This document shows, in pieces, positions 7,851 to 16,400 of a stretch of 56,411 nucleotides of DNA (the first letter of the stretch is position 1; each line of letters starts with the position of its first letter). The notes below the pieces were generated by a model. It saw only the letters and a list, made by a program, of their open reading frames with translations, did no database searches and was not told where the DNA came from. Source of the DNA: Coriobacteriales bacterium (lineage in GTDB: Bacteria; Actinomycetota; Coriobacteriia; Coriobacteriales; RUG844); NCBI GenBank assembly GCA_017434185.1, contig JAFRFV010000050.1, forward strand, positions 1 through 56,411, written 5' to 3'. The position numbers and the translations under genes are program-made.

Positions 7851-9800
7851 CTACCAGCGTTTCACGATCGTGAGGATGTTCCTGCCATCGCTGCGCTCGT
7901 AGCTGATCTCGTCCACGCTCTTCTTGGCCATCAGGATGCCCAGGCCACCGATGGGCACATCCTCGATCCTCTTGGGAGTGACCGCGTCGGGCTTCTTGAG
8001 GGGATCGAATTCGACGCCGCGGTCAATTAGATCGACCGTGATGGACGGCGGATCGGCGCTGTAGGTACGCTGCACGAGCACCGTGCGCGGCACTTCTGGT
8101 CCAGCGGACTTGTATGCATAGCAGCAGATGTTGGTGAAGAACTCCTCCACCGCGATATCGAGCTTGTTCTGCACGCGCGACGGGCAGAACCTGCGATCGA
8201 GCTCGGCATGCAGGAAGTCGTTCACGCGCTCGAGCTCCGGCAGCAGCGCGGGTACTTCCAGCGATGCGGTGACCTCGGGCGGCACGCCCACCTCGAGCGT
8301 GAGGATGGTGATGTCATCGGATTGCTCGGCGCCCCACGAGAAGCTGTTGACGCCATCGCGCACGGATTCGAGCAGTTCACGCGGATGCAGGCGGTAACCC
8401 CTCTCCGCGATCTCCAGGAGCCCCTTGGTCCCGAACATCTTCTCCTGGGTGTCGAAGGCTTCGGTCACACCGTCGGTATAGAGCAGGAACATGTCGCCCG
8501 GCTTGCAGTCCACGGAGAAGGTGCGATACGTGCGGTCGAAGTTGCCCAACATGGGGCCGGAACGCTGCTTGAGCCAGCGCCAACCACCATCACGTTGCCA
8601 GAGCAGCGGCGGGTTGTGACCGGCGTTGACGTAGTCCACGTGCCCCGTCCCGTAGTCGAGCACGCCCACCCAAGCCGTGACGAACACGCCTTCTTCGTTG
8701 CCTTCGAGCAGCTGACGGTTGGTCTCCGAGACCGCCTCGCCAAGCTCCAGATGCGAGGTCATGTAGTCACGGAGCAGGGCCTTGGCCTTCATCATGAACA
8801 GGGCGGCAGGTACACCCTTGCCGCTCACGTCAGCCACGAGGAAGCCCAGTTTGCCCTTGTAGGCGTCGCAGTCGTCACCGATGAGGAAGAAGTCGTAGAA
8901 GTCGCCACCGATCTGCCTCGCGGCATTCATCGTGGCGTAGATATCGAACTTCATGATGTCCGGGAAGGGCGGGAAGGTACGCGGCAGGGCCGCCTCCTGG
9001 ATGGCGCGTGCGGTTTCGAGTTCGGCATCCATGCGGCTCTCGGTTTCGGCGATGAGCTTCTGCATGGATGAGATGGCGCCGTTGATACCCGCGGTGAGTT
9101 CCTCGAACTCGACGGTGCCTCCCACATCGGCACGTGCGTTCAGATCACCCTTGGCAACGCGGGCGAGTACCGCATTCTCCTGGTCGATGCGCCTGATGAC
9201 GATGTTCTGCAACAACTTGAAGCTGCCCCAGAACATGGCGAGCAGCGCCAACAGGATCGTGAGCGACATGAGAGCGAAGAAGAGCAGGAGGTTGTTGTAG
9301 ACCATCGTCACCGGCTGGACGATGATCACGCTGTAGTCGCCACGACTCATGGCGAGCAGATGGCCCTCACCCAAGGGGGAACCGGGCGGGTAGGGCGTGT
9401 TACCGGGATAGATGACCTTCATCACGTCACCCGTCTCCTGGCTTTGCGCGATGGCACCAAGGGACCTGGCGCCGAAGGTCTTGGACACCTTGGCTCCCTT
9501 GGAGAAACGGGGATTGTTGCTCATGAGGATCGTTCCATCTTCCGTGGCGATTACGACCAGGCCGTTGTCGGCTTCGTCGAAACCATTCATGAGACTGTCG
9601 CCCAGGAAGCCGGACTCCAATTGGTTGAGCAGGTAGTTGGCATCGCCGGTCATGGTCTCCTTGGCAGTCCTGGCCTCGCCGTTCGCGACCATGAAGAAAC
9701 TCATGGCGGAGACGAGCACCGTCACCGCCGCGACGATTATGATGAGCTGCACGGCCAGGACCCTGCGCAGACTCCTCTTCTTGTTGGCTCTCTTGGGCAC
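7851..9800 (-). CDS. Membrane sensor - HAMP - SpoIIE/PP2C phosphatase fused to a C-terminal RsbW-like anti-sigma kinase (HATPase)
   Basis: Two TMs flank a ~130-aa extracytoplasmic domain, followed by HAMP. PP2C motifs GGDFYD, ADVSGKG, YTDGVTEA and DDIT. Kinase boxes EEFFTNI, DRGVEFDP and GGLGI. GTG 9800 follows a GGAGG RBS. Confidence 0.9.
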   Translation of the reverse strand: MPKRANKKRSLRRVLAVQLIIIVAAVTVLVSAMSFFMVANGEARTAKETMTGDANYLLNQLESGFLGDSLMNGFDEADNGLVVIATEDGTILMSNNPRFSKGAKVSKTFGARSLGAIAQSQETGDVMKVIYPGNTPYPPGSPLGEGHLLAMSRGDYSVIIVQPVTMVYNNLLLFFALMSLTILLALLAMFWGSFKLLQNIVIRRIDQENAVLARVAKGDLNARADVGGTVEFEELTAGINGAISSMQKLIAETESRMDAELETARAIQEAALPRTFPPFPDIMKFDIYATMNAARQIGGDFYDFFLIGDDCDAYKGKLGFLVADVSGKGVPAALFMMKAKALLRDYMTSHLELGEAVSETNRQLLEGNEEGVFVTAWVGVLDYGTGHVDYVNAGHNPPLLWQRDGGWRWLKQRSGPMLGNFDRTYRTFSVDCKPGDMFLLYTDGVTEAFDTQEKMFGTKGLLEIAERGYRLHPRELLESVRDGVNSFSWGAEQSDDITILTLEVGVPPEVTASLEVPALLPELERVNDFLHAELDRRFCPSRVQNKLDIAVEEFFTNICCYAYKSAGPEVPRTVLVQRTYSADPPSITVDLIDRGVEFDPLKKPDAVTPKRIEDVPIGGLGILMAKKSVDEISYERSDGRNILTIVKRW

Positions 9801-9848
9801 CAGCACCTCCGCTCGATCACTCGCTCGGACACGTGCTCACTCGAGCAC

Positions 9849-10154
9849 TCAGTCGGTCACGATCTCGAAGACCTCGTTGAGGCCCGTCATCTCGAAGACC
9901 TCCATGACCTCTTCGCAGGGGTGCAGCAGGCGCATGGTGCCCCCGCGCTTGACGGCCAACTTGTCGGCGGCCACGAGCACGCGCAGACCGGCGGAAGCGA
10001 CGTAACTCACTTCCTTCATGTCGATGTCCAGATCGTAAACGGTGTGGGGCAGCTGATCCACCGCGGCGGTCAACTCAGGTGAAGTGTTGACGGTGAGCTT
10101 GCCACCCAGCTCGATAGTCGCCTTGCTGTCCTCGATCTTGGTCACGATCTTCAT
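9849..10154 (-). CDS. STAS-domain anti-sigma-factor antagonist
   Basis: 101 aa with GKLTVNTSPEL and the phospho-acceptor motif YVASAGLRVL; AAGGAAGG RBS. Confidence 0.9.
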   Translation of the reverse strand: MKIVTKIEDSKATIELGGKLTVNTSPELTAAVDQLPHTVYDLDIDMKEVSYVASAGLRVLVAADKLAVKRGGTMRLLHPCEEVMEVFEMTGLNEVFEIVTD

Positions 10155-10158
10155 GTTC

Positions 10159-12351
10159 TCATCCTTCCTTATCCAAACGCTGGCGTTCAACCAACTCAGC
10201 GAAGATTCCGTTCTTGGCTATGAGTTCCTCGTAGGTTCCCTGTTCTGCGATGACACCGTCGTCGACCACAAGTATACGGTCACAATGCTTCACGGTCGAG
10301 AGGCGATGTGCCACGACGATGCGCGTACACTTGAGTTTGGCCAGCGCATCGGCCACGTGCTTCTGGGTGATGTTGTCGAGTGCGCTCGTGGCCTCGTCCA
10401 GCATGAGGATGCGACGCTTGCCACATACGGCACGCGCGATCATGAGACGCTGCCGCTGTCCGCCGGAGATGCCACTGCCGCTTTCGGATATGAGCGTCTG
10501 CATACCCATGGGCATCTTGCGTATGTCCTTGGCGATGCCGGCCAACTCCGCAGCAGCCCATGCATCATCGACCGTCGCAAGCGGATTCGAGATGGTGATG
10601 TTGGACAGGATATCGCCCATGAACAACTTGCCATCCTGCATGACCACACCGATGCGCTGACGCAACGACGTCAGATCGACCTTGCTCGTATCGTAGGGGC
10701 CATAGAAGATACTGCCGCGCTCGGGCGTCTCGAAGCCCAGGAGCAGGCGCATGATGGTCGACTTGCCACAACCACTCTTGCCCACGATGGCCACGTATTC
10801 ACCCTGTCGCACCTTGAACGAGAGGTCACGCAGCACATAGGGGCTCGTCTCGGAATAGCGGAACGCCACACCGGAGACCTCGATCGCACCACTGATGTTC
10901 TCCACCGAGGGCTTATCCTCAGCGATCTCGGGCGTCGCCTCCAGGATGGGTGCCGTCAGGTCGAGCAGGGGCCTGATCTGGGCCATCTCACCCGCGATGC
11001 CCGCGAGCGCCATGATGGCGGCCGTCACCTGGCCATAAGCCACGTTGAACGCCATGAACTCGGCCACGCTCACGCCCTTCATGCCCGCCAGATAGTAGAT
11101 GAGGATGTTACCCAGCAAGCCGATGAGCGCCACGAATGCGGGGAGCGCCTGCACGAGCGTCGGACGATTGTAGTTCACCCGCGCGAGATCCGAGAACTCA
11201 TGCGCCCATTTGGCGAAGGCGCGGTCCTCAGCACCGGCCAGCTTGATCTTCTGGATACCCTCCAGAAGCGCCGTCACCGTACCGGAGAGCTTGGCCTGCA
11301 TCCTCATTCCCTCGTACTCGTAGTTGCGCGTAATGAACGCGGCGATCACGGTGAGCCCCGCTTGCAGGAAGACGACAGCGAAGGCGGGAAGCGCGAGAGA
11401 CGGTGTGATCACGCCGATCTGGAAGATGTAGATGATCGACATGGCGCACGAGAGGAACGAACCCAGCAGGATGGAGGTGATGAGCAGCGAGAGTGTGGTC
11501 ACGCTCGCCACGCGGCTCGCCAGATCACCGGTCTCGTACTGCTTGAAGAACGACGTGGGGAGTGAGAGCACGCGCGAGAAGGTGGCGGCTTCGGCCGCGT
11601 TGCGCAGCTTACCGGACACACGCTCCATCACCAACTTGCGGTAGACGTTGATGAGCGTGGTTGAAACCGCCACGCCAAGCAGGAGGGCGGCGATGGGAAG
11701 GATAAGCCCGGATTGGCCGGAAGGTGCCACCACTTCGAAGGCGACCTTGTTCACCCACGCGGGGAGCAAGCCGATGAGTGCGACGGCGAACGATGCGAAG
11801 AACAGGAGCAGATAATCGCCCCGGCTGTAGATGCGCGAGAGGAACTGGATGAGGTCACGCGTGGTGAGCGCCTTCGCGGGCAGGGGGCGGTAGAACACCT
11901 CGGCATCGGGTAGGATGTGTTGCGCGACCTCGTCGGTCACCTTGAGCTTGCGTCCTGTGCCGGGCTCGAGGTAATGGAAGCCGTGTACGCTCCTGGGCAG
12001 AAGGGCGATCGACTGGCCCGTGTCCATCTTGGCCACCATGGCGCCGAAACCGTTCTTGTGCCAGCCGGGGGTCAGATACACCTTGCGGCGCATCGTGCCG
12101 CTGGGACGGCAGAGCCAATCCAAGCGTTCATTGGGATCGCGGACGCTGTCGGAAACATGTCCGGGAGTGATACCGTAGTACTTGAGACAGGCCCTGGCGG
12201 TGCCATCGACCTGCTCCAGCTCGTCGATGGTGTAGAAGGGCGCCTGGTTGGGATCGGTCACACTCGCTGCAAGCTGATTGAACGCACGCTCCGTGATCTC
12301 CGCGTCAAGACGCATACGGGTCTCGATCTGGGATTCCATCCACCTAGTCAT
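10159..12351 (-). CDS. NHLM/NHLP-system ABC transporter permease/ATPase (subunit without an active peptidase)
   Basis: ABC membrane domain, Walker A GKSGCGKST, signature ISGGQRQR and Walker B LDEATSALD. The N-terminus lacks the C39 catalytic Cys. The start overlaps the upstream stop. Confidence 0.88.
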   Translation of the reverse strand: MTRWMESQIETRMRLDAEITERAFNQLAASVTDPNQAPFYTIDELEQVDGTARACLKYYGITPGHVSDSVRDPNERLDWLCRPSGTMRRKVYLTPGWHKNGFGAMVAKMDTGQSIALLPRSVHGFHYLEPGTGRKLKVTDEVAQHILPDAEVFYRPLPAKALTTRDLIQFLSRIYSRGDYLLLFFASFAVALIGLLPAWVNKVAFEVVAPSGQSGLILPIAALLLGVAVSTTLINVYRKLVMERVSGKLRNAAEAATFSRVLSLPTSFFKQYETGDLASRVASVTTLSLLITSILLGSFLSCAMSIIYIFQIGVITPSLALPAFAVVFLQAGLTVIAAFITRNYEYEGMRMQAKLSGTVTALLEGIQKIKLAGAEDRAFAKWAHEFSDLARVNYNRPTLVQALPAFVALIGLLGNILIYYLAGMKGVSVAEFMAFNVAYGQVTAAIMALAGIAGEMAQIRPLLDLTAPILEATPEIAEDKPSVENISGAIEVSGVAFRYSETSPYVLRDLSFKVRQGEYVAIVGKSGCGKSTIMRLLLGFETPERGSIFYGPYDTSKVDLTSLRQRIGVVMQDGKLFMGDILSNITISNPLATVDDAWAAAELAGIAKDIRKMPMGMQTLISESGSGISGGQRQRLMIARAVCGKRRILMLDEATSALDNITQKHVADALAKLKCTRIVVAHRLSTVKHCDRILVVDDGVIAEQGTYEELIAKNGIFAELVERQRLDKEG

Positions 12352-14503
12352 TGCGCACCAACTCCGCATATGCCCCGTTTTGTGCCAGGAGCTGGTCGTG
12401 GGTGCCTCTCTCGACCACCTTGCCCTCGTCGAGCACGATGATCTCATCACAATCGCGGATGGTGCTCAGGCGGTGTGCGACGACAACACAGGTGATGCCA
12501 CGGTCGCGGATGCGCCCGATCACCTCGGCTTCGGTTTGGGCATCAAGGGCGCTCGTGGCCTCATCCAGGATGACGATGGTGGGATCCTGTGCGAGGACAC
12601 GCGCTATCTCGAGTCGTTGCAGCTGACCGCCGCTGTAATTGCGGCCTCCCGGCAGGATGCGGCTGTTGTAGCCACCTTCACGGGCGGCGATCACGTCATG
12701 GATGCCAGCATCGCGACAGGCGAGGATGACCTCGTAGTCCTCGATGCTCCTGTCCCATAGCTTGACGTTGTCGCTCACCGTATCATCGAAGGTCACGATG
12801 TCCTGGTCCACAACGGAAAGCGAGCAACGCAGGATGGGCGTGGGGATCTCGCGCAGGGGGATACCGTCGAAGAGCACCTGTCCGCTCCAGGGATCGAAGA
12901 GGCCGGAGATGATCTTCGCGATCGTGCTCTTGCCGCAGCCCGAGCCGCCCACGAGCGCGACCCACTGGCCCGGCTCGAGATGGAGATCGAAGTTCTCGAC
13001 CAGCGGGGGCTCGAACGGCGAGTAGCCAAAGGTCACACCCTGCAGGTCGATGCGACCACGTAGTTTCTCGTGATCGAAGTCCTGGGCGGGAAGCGCCTGT
13101 GCATCCTCCGGTACGTCGACTGGATTGCGCATGACGTCTTCGACGCGCTCCATCTCGGTGCTCACCTCCTGGACCGTCTGGCCCAGACCGATCAACTGCG
13201 TCACCGGCTCCATGAACGAACTCAGGAAGCCTGTGAAGGCGAGTAACATACCGGGCGTGAATTGATGTTCGATGATGAGCCAGATGCCCAACACGAAGAC
13301 CACGATGTTGGCGATCTTGGTCACGAGCGTGGGAACCACGCCAAGGACCTCGTTCACGCGCATCAGACGACCGCGTGTGCCACCGAAGATCACCTGGTAG
13401 CCGGCCCAGCGGCTGAAGAAGCCCCTCTCCGCACCGGCGGCCTTGATGGTCTCGATCATCTGGATGCCGTTCACCGTGGTCGAATACTGCTTGCTCGCGT
13501 TGATCGTGTTGGCGCGCGAGACGTTCACGCGCTGCGTGGAGATGTAGTGCGCGACGAACGCGTTCGCGATCACGGTGACCACACCCACCAGGGTGAGCAG
13601 AGCGCTGTAATTGAGCATGATGAACAGGTAGAGCACCAGCATGAGGGTGTTCACGAGCACCGGAGCCAGACGCCCCACGAGTGACATCGCGATCTGCTCG
13701 TTGGCGGACTGGCGTTGCTGCAGATCGCCTATCATGCGCTGCGAGAAGAAGCCCACGGGCAGATGCAGCAGATGGCGCATGAAGCGTGATGAACTCACCA
13801 CGGCGATCTTGCCCTGGATGCGGTTCAGGAACACGGCGTTCAGAACGGTCATGATACCGCTGATGATCGCGAGTATGAGCATGACGGCCATCAGGGGGAT
13901 GAGCCAGTCAGGGTCGTTTCGGGTCAGGATGCGGTCCATGAAGACCTGGCCGAGCGACGTGCTCAGGATGGCCACGAGCGAGCTCACCAATGCGGTGAGC
14001 ATGACGAAGGTGATGGCGGGAGCAAGACCCTTCAGTCGTTGGCGCGCATACTTGAGCGTGTCGGGCTTCTGGCCACCGGGCTCGAAGGCGTCGGTCTTCT
14101 CGAACATGAGCGCGACACCGGTGAAGCTCTTGTTGAATTCGCTCATGCTCACTTTGAGCTGCCCGCGTGCGGGATCGTTGATGAGAGCGAACTTGCCCTT
14201 GAAGCCACACAGCACGACGAAGTGGTTGAAGTTCCAGAACAGGATGCAGGGGATGTTCCCGCTCTTGCGCAGCGCCTCACTCGAGAAGCTCATCCCCTTG
14301 GCGGATAAGCCATAGCGCCGTGCGGCTTTGAGCATGTTCGAGGCCTTGGAGCCATCGCGGGAGACGCCGCAATCCTCACGCACCTGCTCGAGCGGCACCC
14401 AGCGGCCGTAGTACGCGAGGATCATGGTGAGACAGGCGGCGCCGCATTCGAGCGCCTCCATCTGCATGACCTGCGGGACCTTGACGACGGAATCGGTCAT
14501 CAC
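12344..14503 (-). CDS. NHLM/NHLP-system C39 peptidase / ABC transporter
   Basis: C39 triad intact: QMEALECGAACL (Cys), WNFNHFVV (His) and INDPARG (Asp). Walker A GGSGCGKST and signature YSGGQLQR. Confidence 0.93.
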   Translation of the reverse strand: MMTDSVVKVPQVMQMEALECGAACLTMILAYYGRWVPLEQVREDCGVSRDGSKASNMLKAARRYGLSAKGMSFSSEALRKSGNIPCILFWNFNHFVVLCGFKGKFALINDPARGQLKVSMSEFNKSFTGVALMFEKTDAFEPGGQKPDTLKYARQRLKGLAPAITFVMLTALVSSLVAILSTSLGQVFMDRILTRNDPDWLIPLMAVMLILAIISGIMTVLNAVFLNRIQGKIAVVSSSRFMRHLLHLPVGFFSQRMIGDLQQRQSANEQIAMSLVGRLAPVLVNTLMLVLYLFIMLNYSALLTLVGVVTVIANAFVAHYISTQRVNVSRANTINASKQYSTTVNGIQMIETIKAAGAERGFFSRWAGYQVIFGGTRGRLMRVNEVLGVVPTLVTKIANIVVFVLGIWLIIEHQFTPGMLLAFTGFLSSFMEPVTQLIGLGQTVQEVSTEMERVEDVMRNPVDVPEDAQALPAQDFDHEKLRGRIDLQGVTFGYSPFEPPLVENFDLHLEPGQWVALVGGSGCGKSTIAKIISGLFDPWSGQVLFDGIPLREIPTPILRCSLSVVDQDIVTFDDTVSDNVKLWDRSIEDYEVILACRDAGIHDVIAAREGGYNSRILPGGRNYSGGQLQRLEIARVLAQDPTIVILDEATSALDAQTEAEVIGRIRDRGITCVVVAHRLSTIRDCDEIIVLDEGKVVERGTHDQLLAQNGAYAELVRND

Positions 14504-15009
14504 GCATTGCCTCCCAGCACCAGTCTGATGGGTGCGATGCGCTCGGTCGTGATGGTGACGGTGAGTGGGACGTTCTCATCCAGCGACCCGGTGGTCCCTT
14601 GGAAGACCACCTGATACGCCCAATCCCCTTCGACGAGCGCACTCACCAGGTAGTCACTGCGCAGGATCCCACTCGCTTCATCACGGGAGACGGGCACGCG
14701 GGAGATGCTCGCGACCTTCATCTGCTCGCCACCCACCACGGCGACGTCGCCCACCTGGACTTTGGCGGCATCCTCCGCTTCAAGGAAGCACATGGCGCTA
14801 CCATCCACGCAAACGCCCGTGGTGGAGACGCTCGTGGTGACCGCGCCGAAGACGCCCCAGGCGAGAAGGCCCAGGAGCAGGGCGATACAGGCACCTATGA
14901 TGTACCAGACACTGGGGGTGGTCACACCCAGATACTTGTCCAGGTCATCCGGATTGCGCAACCTCTGCGTGGCCTGTTGGTTGAAGATCGAACTCTTGGT
15001 GTCCGCCAT
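14500..15009 (-). CDS. Short NHLM-system secretion accessory protein (HlyD-like, no long coiled coil)
   Basis: N-terminus SIFNQQATQRLRNPDDLDKYLGVTTPSVW followed by a TM, and C-terminal TERIAPIRLV, both typical of NHLM secretion proteins. Only 169 aa. Confidence 0.75.
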   Translation of the reverse strand: MADTKSSIFNQQATQRLRNPDDLDKYLGVTTPSVWYIIGACIALLLGLLAWGVFGAVTTSVSTTGVCVDGSAMCFLEAEDAAKVQVGDVAVVGGEQMKVASISRVPVSRDEASGILRSDYLVSALVEGDWAYQVVFQGTTGSLDENVPLTVTITTERIAPIRLVLGGNA

Positions 15010-15515
15010 CACTGGCTCCTCTCTGCGGCCCGACGCATCTTCTCGAGCGCACGTGCGAGTTTGGTGGAAACGGTTGATGGTTTCATGCACAGCTCCTGCG
15101 CGATCCGCGCATTGCGCATGCCATCACGGTATTTGAGTGCAACGATCTCGCGTTCCTTCTGATCAAGGCACGCGAGCAGTTGCTTGATCAACATGAGGTC
15201 GAGTGAGGCATCCTGCTCCGGGGCGAGCTCGAGCAGAGGCTCCGGCACATCGTCGAGCACAACAAGCGTGCGCTCCTTGCGATAATGGCTCACCAGGCAG
15301 TTCTTGGCGATGGCGATGACCCAGGTGCTGAACCCAGCGCGCGTCGGGTCGAAGGAATCGAAGGAGCGGGCAGCCTTCAGGAACGCCTCGCTCACGATGT
15401 CCTGGGCATCCGCATCACAGGCCGCACGGGCCCGCACGAAACCATAGACGGTGGCGAAACTCTCGTTGTAGAGGCGAGTGAATTCACGCTCGCGGTCCGA
15501 AGGGGACTGCGTCAC
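15009..15515 (-). CDS. ECF sigma-70 factor (no. 1)
   Basis: Region 2 'AQDIVSEAFLKA' and 'FSTWVIAIAKN'; region 4 HTH 'EREIVALKYRDGMRNARIAQEL...TVSTKLARA'. A TGATG overlap couples it to the secretion gene. Confidence 0.92.
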   Translation of the reverse strand: MTQSPSDREREFTRLYNESFATVYGFVRARAACDADAQDIVSEAFLKAARSFDSFDPTRAGFSTWVIAIAKNCLVSHYRKERTLVVLDDVPEPLLELAPEQDASLDLMLIKQLLACLDQKEREIVALKYRDGMRNARIAQELCMKPSTVSTKLARALEKMRRAAERSQ

Positions 15516-15626
15516 GCGGGCAGGGCGCAGCGCAGCCCACTCCGGCCTGCGGGGTGTGGCTCCTGCCTTGTCACCTGCATTGAACGTCGCGGACTCCGTT
15601 CGACGGCGTCAGTTCCATAGCAGATG

Positions 15627-15635
15627 ATTGTAGCA
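15627..15635 (-). promoter_or_regulatory. Candidate extended -10 (TGCTACAAT) for the ECF sigma no. 1 / transporter operon
   Basis: A TGnTACAAT match about 110 nt upstream of the sigma start codon, in the intergenic gap. Confidence 0.4.
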
Positions 15636-15665
15636 TACTGCGGCTTGGGTTTGAGGCTGCCCCGC

Positions 15666-15899
15666 TCAATCCAAGGGGGATTCAGATGCATCCGGGACGG
15701 CGTGCCCTGCGGCGAGTTCCGGAACACCGGCGGCGGCGAGCATCTCCAGGTCGTCGTCATCGAGTGGCATGCCCTCGTCGTTGGCATGCAATGTGGCGAT
15801 GCAGCGTTCGAGCAGCGCATCACGGAACCCCTGTGTGCCCGCACTCAGGTCCTGTTGCATCATGCGTTCCAACATCTGCTCGAACTCTCGTTCTTCCAC
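15666..15899 (-). CDS. 77-aa acidic protein with an internal double-glycine-leader-like motif; candidate anti-sigma factor
   Basis: GGAGG RBS then GTG 15899: MEEREFEQMLERMMQQDLSAGTQGFRDALLERCIATLHANDEGMPLDDDDLEMLAAAGVPEL... It lies directly upstream of the ECF sigma gene. Confidence 0.7.
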   Translation of the reverse strand: MEEREFEQMLERMMQQDLSAGTQGFRDALLERCIATLHANDEGMPLDDDDLEMLAAAGVPELAAGHAVPDASESPLD

Positions 15900-15954
15900 G
15901 TCCGCCTCCCCTTCCGTGTCCCGCTCGCATGCGCCCATGCATGCTCATGCCCTT

Positions 15955-15982
15955 TATACGTACGGAGAAGGGCTTTCGTCCC
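15955..15982 (-). promoter_or_regulatory. Candidate ECF promoter GGGACG-N16-CGTATA (toward the 77-aa gene and transporter operon)
   Basis: On the minus strand, -35 at 15977-15982 and -10 at 15955-15960, with a 16-nt spacer. It matches the divergent copy. Confidence 0.5.
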
Positions 15983-16014
15983 AGGGAATCTTGAAGAATC
16001 ATTCCCGATTCGTT

Positions 16015-16042
16015 GAGACAGAAACAGTCCTTGCAACGTACA
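16015..16042 (+). promoter_or_regulatory. Candidate ECF promoter GAGACA-N16-CGTACA (toward the precursor peptide)
   Basis: -35 at 16015-16020, -10 at 16037-16042 and a 16-nt spacer, 44 nt upstream of ATG 16086. Confidence 0.5.
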
Positions 16043-16085
16043 ATGTTCGGACGAAGGGAATGACCCTCTTGAGAAGGGATCGATC

Positions 16086-16313
16086 ATGATAGACAGTCAA
16101 ACCGAAGGCATCGAGCTCCCTGATGAGCTGCTCGAAGCGGTCGCAGGTGGACGCCTGGCGGACATCGGCATGGACAACTTCCGCTCTTGGCTGGCGTTCG
16201 CCAAGGAGAAGGGTTTCGATAAGGACTTCGCTCTGGCCACCTTCGGTGGTGCGGGCCTGGCACTCGCCGACGGGTTCACCGACAAGCTCGCCTCGATGTG
16301 GGACGAGATCTAG
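16086..16313 (+). CDS. Double-glycine-leader precursor peptide (22-aa leader plus 53-aa Cys-free core)
   Basis: GAAGGGA RBS; leader MIDSQTEGIELPDELLEAVAGG; divergent from a C39 exporter; followed by a strong hairpin. Confidence 0.85.
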   Translation: MIDSQTEGIELPDELLEAVAGGRLADIGMDNFRSWLAFAKEKGFDKDFALATFGGAGLALADGFTDKLASMWDEI

Positions 16314-16345
16314 GGAACGCGACGCGAACCAAGCATGGAACACCA

Positions 16346-16369
16346 AGGCCCGCAGGAAACTGCGGGCCT
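16346..16369. terminator. Stem-loop between convergent genes (probable terminator)
   Basis: AGGCCCGCAG-GAAA-CTGCGGGCCT: a perfect 10-bp stem with a GNRA loop. Confidence 0.7.
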
Positions 16370-16400
16370 CGTCATTTCAATCGTTCGTGCTCTCCAAGGG

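Noticed and set aside
9825-9850. Short GTGCTC-ACTC-GAGCAC hairpin between the STAS and PP2C genes
   Set aside because: A 6-bp stem with no U-tract is plausible by chance in GC-rich DNA.
10159-16313. Thiazole/oxazole-modified microcin or lanthipeptide cluster
   Set aside because: No cyclodehydratase, dehydrogenase, LanM or radical SAM gene is present, and the core has no Cys. Enzymes acting in trans cannot be excluded.
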